A stretch of DNA of 64,000 bases from Epiperipatus broadwayi (Eukaryota; Animalia; Onychophora). Below, one piece after another: positions 61,500 through 64,000 of this stretch. The translations under genes were made by a program, and so were the position numbers. The stretch's first letter is position 1. Each line of letters starts with the position of its first letter. The stretch is taken from NCBI GenBank assembly GCA_028023455.1, contig JAQFVV010000003.1, positions 7,068,001 through 7,132,000 on the forward strand, given 5' to 3'. Under the pieces are notes generated by a model, which saw only the letters and a list, made by a program, of their open reading frames with translations, searched no databases and was not told where the DNA came from.

Positions 61500-62797
61500 C
61501 CTGGTTTATTATTACCAGTTGACTGCATTTTATTTACAACTTTATAAAATTCTGAGAATTGTTATTGAAATTTGGGGTTTATAAAATTAGATTCACGCTA
61601 TATTAAAACTACTGTGGTGACCTAATTAAAAGTTGTTTATAACTAAAACTAAAAGCTGCATTTATAATTAGTATAAAACTAATTCTATCACTATATATAC
61701 TGGTGGTATCGGGAATGTGTTTATATATTTACAATTTCAATAAAATAAACTGTAAAATTGACTAATAATTTAGATTAAATTATCTTTTAAACTCGCAATA
61801 CTTAAAATAAACATATATCTGTAATATATACATATACTATTTTCATTACAGACTTACTGCTCACATTATATATGTGCAAGCCTGCATATATAGTAATTTA
61901 AGATTGTTTAAATGGGTACTCTGAGAGAGTTTAAACCTGGCATAGATATAGGGTGTGAGGGTAAAATACATGAAACAGACAGGAGGTTGAAAGTGAGTGT
62001 TTCAATATTAATAATTTTAATTGGAATCCTACATGCATTTTAAAAATAAATTTCAACTGTAATGAAACAGAAAAATTACCAATTAAAAACTGACATTACA
62101 ATATGAAATTTTACATCATTTTTAAACCAAAACTGGAAAAAACCCAACTTTCTAAACATTTTCATATATAAGCAAGAGCCTCTTGCAAAGAATTAGGAGT
62201 AGTAATTAATAGATTTAAATATTAACTATTAAATGCACAAAAATCCATTAAAATTATTCATATTTATGTTTAAAGCCTATGAAAATATTATAGCAGCTAT
62301 CTGTTCTTATTAAGTAATCAGTAATTATTAGATGGTACAATGCATGTTAATCCCCCTGACTTTTACCTTTATCAATAAGGACTTTGAATTTAAAGCTGAA
62401 AGCCAATATGGCAACCATCTTTAACTTCTAATTTATCAATATAAGTACCTGAAATTTAAAAAGCCTAAGACTTTGAAGCTAAACAAATTATACAAATCTA
62501 ATTCCAGATCAATAATTATATACTTTACAAATCTCAGTATTTATTCTAACATACCAATGTCATATCATTTAATATTTTAGCATAAACAATATATATATAT
62601 GTGTGTGCATTGAGTTATATTTTTTATAGATTTTTAATTTGATAAAGAATAAAAGTTAAGAAATTATATCCATGTATTTAACTTTTGATGTTGCCAAAAG
62701 CTATTAATTATTACTAATTAATAATCTTTCCAAGGCTAAACAAATTTTCTCCAGTGACCTATAATCACTCTTTTGTTGAAGTTTATTGAAGTAAAAT

Positions 62798-62800
<3 letters not shown>

Positions 62801-62846
<46 letters not shown>
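62801..62846. repeat. (AT)n microsatellite
   Basis: Visible directly. Confidence 0.95.
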
Positions 62847-62849
<3 letters not shown>

Positions 62850-63202
62850 AAATATGTGATATATATATATATTGTAACCCTCCCGCAACACCAATCCTAT
62901 ATCTCCTATAAATAAATACCCGGGACGCCAATTCTTTTGATAATAAAATAAACTACTAATCTGACTCTACTTTGAATTACTATTGAGTCTCTTGAAATAC
63001 TGTCCAACTACAGCTTAGCTCAGTGGGGCTGAGTTCTATAATATAAAAATGCAAATAAAATACAGGAGGAAACACTATGAATTAATATAGAGTAAAACAT
63101 CTACTGGGTTTTGCAATAAATAAGCAGTTGAAATTGATAAAGTTCCAGCCATTTAAATTAACAAATTATAGTTCAATTTTATCTCCTCCCATCATCTAAC
63201 TA

Positions 63203-63350
63203 CACTAATCAACCTTTACTAGATAATAAGCTTAAATTAAATAAAACAAAAATGTAGTACTAATCAACTTTACTGTATAATAATTTAAATTAAATAAAAC
63301 AAAATATAGCACTAACCAACTTTTACTGTATAATAATTTAAATTAAACAA
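63203..63350. repeat. Minisatellite, ~52-55 bp unit, about 2.7 copies
   Basis: ACTAATCAAC(C/T)TTTACT...AAATTAAATAAAACAAAA recurs at 63204, 63259 and 63311. Confidence 0.8.
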
Positions 63351-63505
63351 CTAAATTAATATCTGCTTGGAAACAATAAGGGAATATCTCAAGGATTTTA
63401 TTACATAACTTATTTAAAAATTATACTCTACAATGGCTATCAATTACCATCATAAAAGTTAATGACATAAAATTGAGCATTGTTCTAATGAAATAGTAGT
63501 TAGAC

Positions 63506-64000
63506 CAGGGATGCCCAACCCGTAGCTCGCGAGTCACATGTGGCTCGCGTAACTGTTTAATGTGGCTGAATTGCACTCTTCAAAAAAATTGATAAAATAT
63601 TTTATGTTCCTTGATGGCACATGCACACACTAAAAAATAAACATTTTTACAATACAAACAATAACGATATGCAGTGTCAGGTTTCACATTAAATAAAATA
63701 TATTTTTCCTGTAATTGTAATTTATATGTATGTTACCAAATTTTTAATAAATAAAATGTATTTACATTTTTTTTTTCTTTTTAACATATTACACCATTTT
63801 TTTTTTTTTGCTGTACACGTTTGGTTTGGTGCTATATATATATTGTGTTTAGTGCTCTTGTATATATTGTTGTTTTTATCGAGAAAGATCCTTGTAGACG
63901 TTTGGTTTGGTGCTGTATATATATTATGTTTAGTGCTGGAAATAGTTTTTATCGAGATAGATCCATGTACACGTATATATTTTGCTGTATATATCGATGT
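63506..64000. mobile_element. hAT MITE left end, probably continuing past the window; ~80 bp internal repeats at 63814-63990
   Basis: Starts CAGGGATGCCCAACCCGTAGCTCGCGAGTCACATGTGGCTCGCG, a typical Charlie/Buster-type terminus. Confidence 0.6.

Noticed and set aside
1-64000. CRISPR array, rRNA genes or prokaryotic operon
   Set aside because: No regularly spaced repeat-spacer array, rRNA motifs or dense gene organisation. Most 60-100 aa ORFs in the track are low-complexity products of AT-rich sequence.

Overview
Very AT-rich, CpG-depleted eukaryotic (invertebrate-like) repeat-rich DNA with no confidently recognisable host gene; all coordinates, alignments and folds were read by eye. Main contents: (1) a full-length Ty3/Gypsy LTR retrotransposon on the minus strand (5068-12285) with ~1.62 kb LTRs (~99% identical), a 4-bp TSD and frameshifted pol; (2) Penelope-like element (PLE) relics (RT + GIY-YIG) at 14.9-15.7 kb and a head-to-head pair at 19.5-23.0 kb; (3) two families of short non-coding repeats carrying minimal type I hammerhead ribozymes with palindromic stem-III loops. 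Family 1 (4.5, 31.5, 43.3, 61.3 kb) has a fully base-paired copy at 61345-61403. Family 2 (0.15-0.43 and 60.0-60.6 kb) occurs as foldback pairs with CpG-decayed cores; (4) five ~85-115 bp tRNA-Gly-derived mini-SINEs with TSDs; (5) DNA transposon relics (hAT, Merlin, pogo/Tigger-like MITEs) and LINE relics. The most interesting system is the PLE/hammerhead network: decayed autonomous PLEs plus tiny non-autonomous ribozyme elements, one of which appears to begin at the predicted self-cleavage site.
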